Assembly (NCBI GenBank): GCA_965216465.1
Contig: CBDCFW010000006.1
Span: 1 to 64,000 of the forward strand
DNA: 64,000 nucleotides
Direction: 5' to 3'
DNA from: Bacteroidia bacterium
GTDB lineage: Bacteria > Bacteroidota > Bacteroidia > NS11-12g > UBA9320
Shown piece after piece: positions 40,013-49,444 of the stretch. Position 1 is the stretch's first letter; the number at the start of each line of letters is the position of its first letter. The notes under the pieces are model-generated. The model was not told the origin of the DNA. It worked only from the letters and a program-made list of their open reading frames with translations, and did no database searches. The position numbers were made by a program, and so were the translations under genes.

Positions 40013-41226
40013 TAATTCAGTTGTTTAATCTCCGTTTTCCCCGCTTTGATTGCGGGGTAGAGTGAAATGATATATCCTAAAAATGAAACCGTTACAAATG
40101 TTAAAAATACATCCTTGAAGAGCAATTGAACAGGATAGGCTTCAACTATGCTATTCTCGATTTGAAGCCAGCCAAACTGCTGCTGGCCCAATACGACTAG
40201 AATGGCCAAAACCAATCCAATTCCTCCACCTATGAGGGCAATATAGCTGCCTTGCCAAACAAATACTTTTCTGATTACAGCCTCTTCTGCACCCATGCTT
40301 TTAAGCACGCCGATATCTTTTTTCTTATCCAAGACAAGCATAATCAATGATCCAAAAATGTTGAATGAAGAAATTACCAGTACCAGCGATAAAATGGCAT
40401 AGGTAAACCACTTTTCGCTTCTGAATATCTTATAAATCAACTCATTCAATTCTTCTTGAGTTTCTACCTTCCAGCCATCGCCAAGAGCATTGATCAATTT
40501 TTCTTTTACTTCAGTTCCGTTTGCCCCCGATTTCAATTTCAGCTCAATAGAGCTAATAGAGTTAGGGTAGGACAATAAGTCTTGGGCAAAATCTAATGAA
40601 GTTACAAAGATTTCATTGTCAATTTCTTCATGCACTTGAAAAACAGCACTCGACCTTAAATATTTCGTGCTCAGTGCCGCCTGCGGATTAAGTGCGTTGT
40701 ATTCTACATTTCTTTTTGGCACAAAGACACTAACCAATTGTTGAGACCCGGGAAAAAGATTGAGCTTAGATGCTAAACCTACTCCAAAAACACCAAGTGC
40801 ACTGTTTGAATCTCCAAGTTGAAAAGACCCTAAAACGACCAGAGAATCAAATTTATCGACATTGAAATTTTCATCGACTCCTTTAATTCTGGCAATCTCT
40901 TGTCGATCATTATATTTGATTACCACCTTCTCTTCTAAACAGCCTGAATACGAGTCTACTTCTTCAATTGCTGTAATACTGTTTTCAATGTCGGGAGTTA
41001 ATTCAAAGGTTTTTTTTCCTTGAGCTGTTATCTTAATTTCTGGATCGTAATTATTAATGAGTTCGGCAACTAAAGTTTCAAAACCATTGAATGCGGACAA
41101 TACCACAATCATGGCGAATGCACCAACTCCAAAACCAAGCATGGCTACGCCAGTAATTATGTTTATCGCATTAATCTTCTTCTTTGAAAAGAGATAACGA
41201 TATGCAATGAATAAAGGAAGCCTCAC
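40012..41226 (-). CDS. LolC/E (FtsX-like) ABC permease
   Basis: IAYRYLFSKK, VLSAFNGFE, KKKDIGVLKSMGA, YPAIKA. Confidence 0.9.
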   Translation of the reverse strand: MRLPLFIAYRYLFSKKKINAINIITGVAMLGFGVGAFAMIVVLSAFNGFETLVAELINNYDPEIKITAQGKKTFELTPDIENSITAIEEVDSYSGCLEEKVVIKYNDRQEIARIKGVDENFNVDKFDSLVVLGSFQLGDSNSALGVFGVGLASKLNLFPGSQQLVSVFVPKRNVEYNALNPQAALSTKYLRSSAVFQVHEEIDNEIFVTSLDFAQDLLSYPNSISSIELKLKSGANGTEVKEKLINALGDGWKVETQEELNELIYKIFRSEKWFTYAILSLVLVISSFNIFGSLIMLVLDKKKDIGVLKSMGAEEAVIRKVFVWQGSYIALIGGGIGLVLAILVVLGQQQFGWLQIENSIVEAYPVQLLFKDVFLTFVTVSFLGYIISLYPAIKAGKTEIKQLN

Positions 41227-41231
41227 GCTTT

Positions 41232-41573
41232 TTAGTTAAGATCGTTAAGAATCTTATCGATGCGTTCAGCGTGGTCCATAGTCGTATCAAGATAGAAATG
41301 CAACTCAGGAATCTTTCTAATTCGCTTACCGATTTGTTGGGCAAGTAGCTGTCGGATTTCTTTTTGGTGCATAGTTAAGGTATCAACACTCTTTTGGCGA
41401 TCAGTAGAGTTTAGAACACCAACATAAATTTTGGCAAGACCTAAATCTGCTGTAGCCACAACATCAACAATCGTAATCAATTGATTTGGTAGAATCTTGT
41501 TGCTATAACGAGAAAGAATAGGGGCTAAATCACGTTGTATTGCACGTGCTATCTTTTCTTGCCTGATTCCCAT
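41232..41573 (-). CDS. rbfA: 30S ribosome-binding factor RbfA
   Basis: RQEKIA, TADLGLAKIY, IRKIPELHFYLD. Confidence 0.95.
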   Translation of the reverse strand: MGIRQEKIARAIQRDLAPILSRYSNKILPNQLITIVDVVATADLGLAKIYVGVLNSTDRQKSVDTLTMHQKEIRQLLAQQIGKRIRKIPELHFYLDTTMDHAERIDKILNDLN

Positions 41574-41576
41574 CGA

Positions 41577-42506
41577 TTATCTTAAGGTAAATTCTGTTGC
41601 TCCCATTTTGTGCGAATCGCTATAAACGTTTACAACATATCGTCCGGCAGTCATCGCCTCTGTTTTAGGGATGGTGAACGAACCTTTCTCATTTGAATTT
41701 TGGAAATTAACCACTTTTTTGGCGGTGTAATAACGTTCGCCACTATCGTAGTTAAATGTACCTGAACCAGATTCTGAATGCGTTAAAGTACTTTTGTTAG
41801 GAGTTACAACTTGGAAGTACAACGTTTTTTCTCCCTTTGTAGCCAAATCGTTGTTTCCAAGCGTGTATGAAATCTCTAGCTTGTCCATACGATTTAACTT
41901 ATCTGTTGTCTTGTATTCTCCAAAAACAGCACCACGAAGTGGTTTTGCTTCGAAAGCTTTCATAAATATTCTTGAACCTATTTTTACCTGCTCATCACGC
42001 TCAGAAATCACCCCTTCCATTTCGGCTACTTTTTCACGCTCAGCTTCTACCTGTTTCTGCATTACGTAATTTTCATCTTTAAGGTATTGATTCTCTTTCG
42101 ACAATCTTTCAATTTCCGCAGTTAGCTCGTCTTTCTCCTTCTTAAGATCTTTAATCTCAGCTCGAGCTCTGTCGCGTTCCGCTTTTGTAATGTTTCCACT
42201 TTTTAGCAGCGATTGAATTCGAACTAATTTTTCTTGAATTTCAGTATCTCTAACAGAAATTATACTGTCTAAGCTTGCGTTTTTACCTCTAAATTCTTCC
42301 AAATCAGCCTCTAATTCCAATTTCAAAGCCTCAACCTCTTTTAACTCAGCCTCAGTACTTTGAAGTTCAGTTGTAGTGGTTTTTAGCTCATTGTTTTTGG
42401 TTACTAACTTGTATATCAATCCTAAATTAATTAGGAAAAGAAGGAAGATCATGATAAACAGATACATCCTACTTTTTTTGTCCTTGTTTCCCTCGTTTAA
42501 TGCCAT
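41577..42506 (-). CDS. Hypothetical membrane-anchored coiled-coil protein
   Basis: One N-terminal TM helix, long heptad-rich region, beta-rich C-terminal domain (GRYVVNVY); start at ATG 42506. Confidence 0.8.
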   Translation of the reverse strand: MALNEGNKDKKSRMYLFIMIFLLFLINLGLIYKLVTKNNELKTTTTELQSTEAELKEVEALKLELEADLEEFRGKNASLDSIISVRDTEIQEKLVRIQSLLKSGNITKAERDRARAEIKDLKKEKDELTAEIERLSKENQYLKDENYVMQKQVEAEREKVAEMEGVISERDEQVKIGSRIFMKAFEAKPLRGAVFGEYKTTDKLNRMDKLEISYTLGNNDLATKGEKTLYFQVVTPNKSTLTHSESGSGTFNYDSGERYYTAKKVVNFQNSNEKGSFTIPKTEAMTAGRYVVNVYSDSHKMGATEFTLR

Positions 42507-42583
42507 AATGAATTGTTTAAACTTAAAACGTTTTTTAGTTTGGTTATTATACAAATTTACTCAAATCGTTCACAATTAATAAA

Positions 42584-44860
42584 TTAAGCATTTTGCTGCT
42601 TAATCAAATTAAGTGCACTACCGGCTTTGAACCAGTCGATTTGTGCTTGGTTGTATGTGTGGTTTACTGCAATAGTATCGGTTGATCCATCTTGGTGGTT
42701 CATTACAATTTGCAACGGTTGTCCTGGTGTAAAGTTCTCTAAACCAATGATATCAAAAGTATCGTTTTCTTGCACCTTGTCGTAGTCATCAGGATTTTGG
42801 AATGTTAATCCCAACATACCTTGTTTTTTCAAATTGGTTTCGTGAATACGAGCGAAAGACTTCACTACAACTGCACGTACTGCCAAATGACGAGGCTCCA
42901 TTGCGGCGTGCTCTCTACTACTTCCTTCACCATAATTCTCTTCACCAAATACAATTGAGAAATCACCAGAAGCTTTTACCGCTCTAGCAACTTTAGGCAC
43001 CCCTTCATATTGATTAGTGTAAGGGTTTAGTACGGTATCGGTTTTATCGTTGAATGCATTTACTGCACCAATCAACAAGTTGTTTGAGATATTATCAAGG
43101 TGACCTCTGTAAGTCAACCATGGTCCGGCCATTGAAATGTGATCTGTGGTACATTTTCCTTTAGCCTTGATTAATAGTTTTAATCCTTTAAGGTCTTTAC
43201 CATCCCAAGGTTGGAAGCCTTCAAGTAATTGTAAACGCTTTGAATCTGGTTTCACAATTACTTCAACACCACTTCCATCTTCAACGGGTGCAACATAACC
43301 GTTGTCTTCAACATCAAATCCTTTTGGCGGCAACTCAAACCCTGTTGGTTCGTCAAGCATAACCTCTTCTCCATTTTCATTTACTAAAGTATCGGTAGCT
43401 GGATTAAAGTCTAATCGACCACTGATCGCAATGGCAGCTACTATTTCTGGAGATGCAACAAATGCGTGTGTATTTGGATTACCGTCTGCACGTTTTGCAA
43501 AGTTTCTATTGAACGAGTGCACGATACTGTTTTTCTCTTGTCGACTTGCTCCTTCTCTATCCCACTGACCAATACATGGACCACAAGCGTTGGTAAAGAT
43601 TGTAGCATCTAAATCTTCAAAGATGCCTAGCAAACCATCTCTATCTGCTGTATAACGAACCGTTTCTGATCCTGGATTAATACCAAATTTAGCTTTAGTC
43701 TTAAGATTTTTGTCTACTGCCTGTTTAGCAATTGAAGCCGCTCTTGAAAGGTCTTCATATGATGAGTTAGTACAAGAACCAATTAGCCCCCATTGTACAT
43801 CTAAAGGCCATCCGTTTTCTTCAGCTTTTTCTCTCATTTCTCCAACTGGTGTGTCTAAATCCGGAGTAAATGGACCGTTTAAGTGAGGTCTAAGCTCAGA
43901 TAAGTTTATTTCGATCACTTGATCAAAGTATTGTTCTGGATTGGCATAAACTTCGTCGTCACCTGTTAAGTGTTCTTTAACACCATTCGCTAAATCAGCA
44001 ACGTCATCTCTTCCAGTTGCTCTTAGGTAACGTTCCATACTCTCATCGTAACCAAATGTTGAAGTAGTAGCTCCTACTTCAGCACCCATATTACAAATTG
44101 TACCTTTACCTGTGCAAGACATTGACTTAGCACCTTCTCCAAAATATTCGATAATCGCTCCGGTTCCACCTTTAACAGATAAAATACCTGCTACTTTAAG
44201 AATTACATCCTTTGGTGCAGTCCAGCCATTAAGTTTTCCAGTAAGTTTAACACCGATTAGTTTAGGGAATTTCAGCTCCCAAGGCATTCCTGCCATAACA
44301 TCTACAGCATCAGCTCCTCCGACTCCAATAGCAACCATTCCCAATCCACCCGCGTTTACCGTGTGAGAATCTGTTCCAATCATCATTCCTCCAGGAAATG
44401 CATAGTTTTCTAAAACTACCTGGTGAATAATTCCTGCTCCTGGTTTCCAGAAACCAATTCCATATTTGTCAGATACCGACGCAAGGAAATTAAAAACCTC
44501 GTTACTCTGATTGATCGCATTCTGCAAATCTGCTTCAGCTCCAATTTTAGCTTGAATCAAGTGATCACAATGAACTGTGGTTGGAACAGCAACTTTCTTT
44601 TTACCAGCTTGCATAAATTGAAGCAAGGCCATTTGTGCTGTTGCATCTTGACAAGCAATTCTATCGGGAGCAAAATCAACATAGTCTTTGCCTCTGGTGA
44701 AGCTTGTACTTGCATTTCCATCCCAAAGGTGGCTATACAAAATCTTTTCAGCCAAGGTTAAAGGTCTTCCTACAACTTCTTTAGCAGCAGATACTTTAGT
44801 TGCAAGGTTGTCGTACGTTCTTTTGATTAAGTCTAAGTCGAAGATATTCTGGTTACTCAT
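42584..44860 (-). CDS. acnA: Aconitate hydratase (mitochondrial-type)
   Basis: [56 protein letters not shown]. Confidence 0.96.
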   Translation of the reverse strand: MSNQNIFDLDLIKRTYDNLATKVSAAKEVVGRPLTLAEKILYSHLWDGNASTSFTRGKDYVDFAPDRIACQDATAQMALLQFMQAGKKKVAVPTTVHCDHLIQAKIGAEADLQNAINQSNEVFNFLASVSDKYGIGFWKPGAGIIHQVVLENYAFPGGMMIGTDSHTVNAGGLGMVAIGVGGADAVDVMAGMPWELKFPKLIGVKLTGKLNGWTAPKDVILKVAGILSVKGGTGAIIEYFGEGAKSMSCTGKGTICNMGAEVGATTSTFGYDESMERYLRATGRDDVADLANGVKEHLTGDDEVYANPEQYFDQVIEINLSELRPHLNGPFTPDLDTPVGEMREKAEENGWPLDVQWGLIGSCTNSSYEDLSRAASIAKQAVDKNLKTKAKFGINPGSETVRYTADRDGLLGIFEDLDATIFTNACGPCIGQWDREGASRQEKNSIVHSFNRNFAKRADGNPNTHAFVASPEIVAAIAISGRLDFNPATDTLVNENGEEVMLDEPTGFELPPKGFDVEDNGYVAPVEDGSGVEVIVKPDSKRLQLLEGFQPWDGKDLKGLKLLIKAKGKCTTDHISMAGPWLTYRGHLDNISNNLLIGAVNAFNDKTDTVLNPYTNQYEGVPKVARAVKASGDFSIVFGEENYGEGSSREHAAMEPRHLAVRAVVVKSFARIHETNLKKQGMLGLTFQNPDDYDKVQENDTFDIIGLENFTPGQPLQIVMNHQDGSTDTIAVNHTYNQAQIDWFKAGSALNLIKQQNA

Positions 44861-44868
44861 GAGGTTTG

Positions 44869-44876
44869 CAAAGGTA
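44869..44876 (-). promoter_or_regulatory. Bacteroidota -7 promoter box (TACCTTTG) for aconitase
   Basis: Consensus box 8 nt upstream of the ATG. Confidence 0.55.
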
Positions 44877-44898
44877 ACCGTTTGACAAAAAAATATTC

Positions 44899-44927
44899 AA
44901 AAAAAAAGGGCTTTTTGAAAAGCCCTT
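44899..44927 (-). terminator. Rho-independent terminator
   Basis: AAGGGCTTT...AAAGCCCTT hairpin preceded on the + strand by an A9 run (U-tail on the minus strand). Confidence 0.75.
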
Positions 44928-45177
44928 ATATCATCAATATTTTTCTACATAGTTTAGCTAAGGAAAGTAGCTAGTCTTAGTTTATCTATATCTTATAATT
45001 TCTTATTTCTGAAGTAGTAAACTGAAGCAAATGTGGTAAATAAAACGGTACGGTTACCCACAAACAATTAAGAAATCGTCCTCAAAAATAAACTCGCCAA
45101 AAAAGCAGGATATAAGATGCTGAAAATCTGACTCTTAGAAGCAACCATGGAAGTGAGAAAAATTCTCACAAGTAGAG

Positions 45178-46491
45178 TTATTCCATTCCAAAGATTACCT
45201 TCCCTTCGGCAATTGGCTCTTCATCGTTCTCAATTATGCGATATACGTGCATGCCTGAAAGTGCAAATTTCCAGTTAATTTGCTGCCAAAATTCTGGGTC
45301 TATATTTTCTGAATACACTGTTTGACCAAGCATATTCATTATTTCTAACTTGTAAGTTGATTCGAAATTAAAACCGTTAATCACAACTGAAATATCAGAA
45401 TGAGCTGGATTTGGATAGATTCCAGTTTCTGTATCCTCCGAAACAGGATATACTACAGGTGGTATATAAGTTTCAAAAATGCCTCTTCTAAACGTGGTTA
45501 GGTTATAACGCATTAATTTGATTTGGTCAGAAGTAAACATATTTTGGCAAAATCCCTGCGAATAATCCATGTAGTTTTCAAGCATATCTGGCAAATCACC
45601 CGCGCCTGTGAAACATGTATTTTTACCCCATGCACATGAAGTCTGCGAACTCGGTGTGCCAGCTAGCGGAGTGTCATCTAAACCATCATCGTAATTTTCA
45701 GAGCAACGATCCCAATTCGGAGCATCTCCCCAAATGTGACGTAAGCCTAAAAAGTGCCCTACTTCGTGAACTGCGGTTTTTACTCCCGTAAATCCTGAGT
45801 TAGGGTTTCCTTCTCCAACTATAGCATAATTTAATACTACCCCTTGGCGTGATGGACCAACGAACGAGCCTCCACCCCAATGTGCAGCTCCTGTAGGAGG
45901 AAATGCAAAACCATAAAGTGCTGGTCCAAGGTTACAAACCCAAACATTCATATACTTATCCGTATCCCAAGCTGGAGTTCCATAAAGCGATTGTTTCACT
46001 CTGTCAGCATTTGACAAAAAGTTACCAGAACCTTGAGTAAAATTGTCGATTGATGTTTGTCTTCTAGTAATTCCTGTTGTGGAATCGCCATTCGGGTCAA
46101 CCTTAGCCAATTCGAACTGTATTCCTGCATCGCCAGCAATCGGTTTAAATATGTCTCGTGTATTGTTAGTATCAGGATTTTGTCTTCTGAAGCACATATT
46201 CAACCATTCCATTTGCGAATGAATTAGCGAGTCATGCAAATTTTGAGTTGGCGTATTGTATACAATGTGAAATACTACGCGAATGGTGTGAACGGTATCC
46301 TGTACTTCAAATTTTGACTTTAGCTTGCTTTGACGAATCGCATCGTAATAAGATTGATCGACAGCAGTCTTGAAGCCAGGAGCAATCTCATTCAAATAAT
46401 TAACGTATTCAACGTGGCCACATGGCTCACTTACCTGACTGAACCCATTAAAAAAGAACAGACTGCTTAGGATTAGTAATGTTTTTCTCAA
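45178..46491 (-). CDS. M43 (pappalysin/ulilysin-like) zinc metalloprotease with T9SS C-terminal sorting domain
   Basis: HEVGHFLGLRH zinc motif, NYMDYS Met-turn, IYPNPA...NMLGQ CTD. Confidence 0.92.
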   Translation of the reverse strand: MRKTLLILSSLFFFNGFSQVSEPCGHVEYVNYLNEIAPGFKTAVDQSYYDAIRQSKLKSKFEVQDTVHTIRVVFHIVYNTPTQNLHDSLIHSQMEWLNMCFRRQNPDTNNTRDIFKPIAGDAGIQFELAKVDPNGDSTTGITRRQTSIDNFTQGSGNFLSNADRVKQSLYGTPAWDTDKYMNVWVCNLGPALYGFAFPPTGAAHWGGGSFVGPSRQGVVLNYAIVGEGNPNSGFTGVKTAVHEVGHFLGLRHIWGDAPNWDRCSENYDDGLDDTPLAGTPSSQTSCAWGKNTCFTGAGDLPDMLENYMDYSQGFCQNMFTSDQIKLMRYNLTTFRRGIFETYIPPVVYPVSEDTETGIYPNPAHSDISVVINGFNFESTYKLEIMNMLGQTVYSENIDPEFWQQINWKFALSGMHVYRIIENDEEPIAEGKVIFGME

Positions 46492-46556
46492 TTTCTTAAC
46501 TTAGTTCACGAAAGTAACAAATAGCAGCAAACTAAATTGTCATGTTAATTCTAAAA

Positions 46557-47336
46557 TTAACTTCCGGTAAATTCCGGGCTTCTTTTTTCATTGAATGCTG
46601 TTACCCCTTCTTTGTAATCATTCGTATAGCCAGCGATTTCCTGACAGTAGGCTTCGTATTGTAACATTTCGTTCAAATCTGAGGTAGTCGACTTGTTCAA
46701 CATTTTCTTCATCATTCCGATTGCCTTGGTAGGAGCTTTTGCATAGTAATTGGCAACTGATGCCACTGCATCATCCAATTCTTCTGGTGCAACAACCTGA
46801 TTAATCATGCCCCAATCTTTCGCTTGAGCAGCTGACACCTTAGTACCCATAGTTGCAAGCTCAAATGCACGATTGCTACCTACTAATCTTGGTAAGAAAT
46901 AGGAAGAACCTGAGTCTAATACCAGCCCAACATTAATAAAGACTTCAATAAGGCTTGCCTTTTCGGAAGCAACCACAAAATCGCATGCTAAAACTAAAGA
47001 ACATCCTGCTCCCGCAGCGACTCCATTTTGTCTACAGATAATAGGCTTCTCCAGGTTTCGCATCGCTTTAATGATAGGGTTGTATCTTTTATACAGCGAC
47101 TCAGAAAGAATTCTTTTTTCCCCCGCAATGTCTTTCAAATCCTGGCCCGAGCAAAATGCTTTTCCTGCTCCGGTTAAAACCACAACACGGCATTCTTTAT
47201 CTCTTTTCACTGCTTTTAGAGCATCTTGAAGCTCAAAGCTCATCTCATTATCAAAAGCGTTAAAGCGATCTGGTCTGTTCAGCGTAATGGTTGTAATTCC
47301 ATTTTTATTTTCGTATTGAAGTGTATTAAATTCCAT
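46557..47336 (-). CDS. Enoyl-CoA hydratase/isomerase family protein (PaaG-like)
   Basis: LNRPDRFNA, TGAGKAFCSGQDL, NGVAAGAG, GLVLDSG. Confidence 0.9.
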   Translation of the reverse strand: MEFNTLQYENKNGITTITLNRPDRFNAFDNEMSFELQDALKAVKRDKECRVVVLTGAGKAFCSGQDLKDIAGEKRILSESLYKRYNPIIKAMRNLEKPIICRQNGVAAGAGCSLVLACDFVVASEKASLIEVFINVGLVLDSGSSYFLPRLVGSNRAFELATMGTKVSAAQAKDWGMINQVVAPEELDDAVASVANYYAKAPTKAIGMMKKMLNKSTTSDLNEMLQYEAYCQEIAGYTNDYKEGVTAFNEKRSPEFTGS

Positions 47337-47338
47337 AT

Positions 47339-47920
47339 TTATGCGATTAGTACGAGCGAAGATGTTATTCCAACTGCCACACCCATTATCAGTTCAAACC
47401 AACTGTGGGCATTTTGCAGTTTCCTGCAAATAAACACCAGAATAAATATCCCAAGCAAGGTGTAGACAACAATATTAAAATCAACAAATCGATACTTATC
47501 CCAGAGCACCAATGCGCTCATTAAAAGATATGCCCATCCACCCGTGTGCCAGCTCGCCTTTAAATGGATAATTGTGAGCAAGAAGAGCATTAAATGCATC
47601 ACCGCAAAGCCTAAAAAAAATGCCACATATTCTTTAAAGATATAGTATGCTACAATACCCAGTACAGCATTTAGAACCGCATAACCTTTAAATATTGACC
47701 TCCGTTCAGGAATACTTGGAGCCTTTAAATCAATCTTTTTTATCTTTTTGAAGTAGAACGTTGGTAAAAAGATGTATGCAAACAATAACCAACATAATCC
47801 AATCACGAGTGGAGTTTGATCATACTTAAGTACCAAAGAATAGTAAACCCAAATGCTAAATAATGGAATAAAAACGGGGTGAGTTAGAAAAGAAAATCCA
47901 AATAATAAGCGCTGCATCAC
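47339..47920 (-). CDS. Hypothetical membrane protein (PAP2-like motifs)
   Basis: About 6 TM helices, HPVFIP, KASWH, AHSWFE; overlaps the rpoN stop. Confidence 0.7.
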   Translation of the reverse strand: MMQRLLFGFSFLTHPVFIPLFSIWVYYSLVLKYDQTPLVIGLCWLLFAYIFLPTFYFKKIKKIDLKAPSIPERRSIFKGYAVLNAVLGIVAYYIFKEYVAFFLGFAVMHLMLFLLTIIHLKASWHTGGWAYLLMSALVLWDKYRFVDFNIVVYTLLGIFILVFICRKLQNAHSWFELIMGVAVGITSSLVLIA

Positions 47921-49371
47921 ATCTCTTTTCTCAATCTTGCCACTGGAATATTAAGTTGTTCTCTGTATTTGGCTACAGTTCTTCGGGCAATCTTGTATCC
48001 TTTTTCTTGTAGTATTTTTTTCAAGGCTTCATCGGTTAATGGTTTTTGCTTGTTCTCTGAATCAACTGCATCTTTAAGAATCTTCTTCACTTCTCGATTC
48101 GAAACCTCTTCCCCACTATCCGTTGTAATACCTTCAGTAAAGAAGTCTTTCAGTAAAAATATGCCAAAGTCAGTTTCAACATATTTGCTGCTTGCCACCC
48201 TTGAAATGGTAGAAATATCCATTCCTATTTCATCTGCAATATCTTTCAAGATCATTGGTTTCAACTCCGTCTCGTCTCCGCTTAAAAAGAATTCTTTTTG
48301 CAGCTCTACAATTTTATTCATGGTAGAAAGCAAGGTATTTTGGCGTTGCTTAACCGAATCGATAAACCATTTTGCACTATCCAGTTTCTGCTTAATGTAC
48401 TGAACCGCCTCTTTTTGAGCTTTGGTTTTTTCTTTGCTCTTATCGTAAGCTTTTAAGGTTTCATTGTACGAAGGACTCACCCGAAGTTCAGGAGCATTTT
48501 TAGAGTTTAAACTCACTTCCAATTGTCCGTAGTTCTCTTTAACAATGAAATCAGGAATGATAAAATCTTTATTGGTTGCCCCTTCAGAACCTGATTGTGC
48601 AGGTTTAGGGTTAAGTTTCGATACGAACTCTAGTGTTTCTTTCAAGTAGTCGTCTGTAACTCCAAACTTCTTCACCAATTTTTGATAGTGCTTTTTGGAA
48701 AAATCTTCCATCGCCTCATCAATAATCTTATAGGCGAGCTTGTAGATCGCATTGTTGCTGCTTTCTTGTCTGCGTTTAATCTGCAGGAGTAAGCACTCTT
48801 TTAAGTCTCTCGCTCCAACACCGGCAGGTTCAAGTTCTTGCAAGATATTCAGCACCCGCTCCAAATCTTCTACCGTGGTTTTTATGTTCTGCGTGAACAA
48901 TAGATCGTTCTTGATTGCGGATAATGGACGTCTCAAATAACCATCATCGTCTAATGTACCAACAATTTGGTCGGCGAGAATTTCATCATCGGCAGATCGC
49001 AAAACGGACGAAACTTGCTCAAGCAAGCGCTCTCTGAATGAAGTATAATATACCGCTGGCATAAACTCCTTCTCTTCGTCATGCCCACTGTATTCACCAC
49101 TGAGGTGCACTCCACCGTCGTCATCTGACATATAATCGCTTACGTCAAATTCATCTTGTTTGCTGTCATAGTCTAAATCATCCCTTTCATCAAATCCTGG
49201 ATCTAAATCTTCCGCCTCTTCTTTGCCGCTTTCAAGGGCTGGATTTTCGAGTAATTCTTCGTCTACTCTTTCTTCAAAATTGAGGGTGTTTAATTGCAGC
49301 AGTTTGATGAACTGTATTTGCTGAGGACTAAGCTTTTGGAGTAGCTTTTGACTTAACTGCTGTTTTATCAT
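47917..49371 (-). CDS. rpoN: RNA polymerase sigma-54 factor
   Basis: Gln/Leu-rich region I, DISTISRV HTH, RpoN box ARRTVAKYRE. Confidence 0.98.
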   Translation of the reverse strand: MIKQQLSQKLLQKLSPQQIQFIKLLQLNTLNFEERVDEELLENPALESGKEEAEDLDPGFDERDDLDYDSKQDEFDVSDYMSDDDGGVHLSGEYSGHDEEKEFMPAVYYTSFRERLLEQVSSVLRSADDEILADQIVGTLDDDGYLRRPLSAIKNDLLFTQNIKTTVEDLERVLNILQELEPAGVGARDLKECLLLQIKRRQESSNNAIYKLAYKIIDEAMEDFSKKHYQKLVKKFGVTDDYLKETLEFVSKLNPKPAQSGSEGATNKDFIIPDFIVKENYGQLEVSLNSKNAPELRVSPSYNETLKAYDKSKEKTKAQKEAVQYIKQKLDSAKWFIDSVKQRQNTLLSTMNKIVELQKEFFLSGDETELKPMILKDIADEIGMDISTISRVASSKYVETDFGIFLLKDFFTEGITTDSGEEVSNREVKKILKDAVDSENKQKPLTDEALKKILQEKGYKIARRTVAKYREQLNIPVARLRKEM

Positions 49372-49444
49372 AATAGTTTAGAAAAGTATTGGAATGCAAT
49401 TACTTTTGTACCTCAAAATTACGCAGAAAAACGATAGCAGCAAA

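Noticed and set aside
42584-44860. Mitochondrial-type aconitase as eukaryotic contamination or recent transfer
   Set aside because: This aconitase type is known in Bacteroidota, and the gene has a native promoter box and native context
45068-45148. 26-codon minus-strand ORF (MVASKSQIFS...) in the aconitase/M43 gap
   Set aside because: Very short, no recognisable motif, and nothing distinguishes it from chance
47969-48403. Antisense and alternate-frame ORFs in the track (e.g. 130-423, 3565-3915, 44423-44761, 47969-48403, 54761-55177)
   Set aside because: They lie entirely over well-supported conserved genes and carry no recognisable motifs; treated as shadow ORFs
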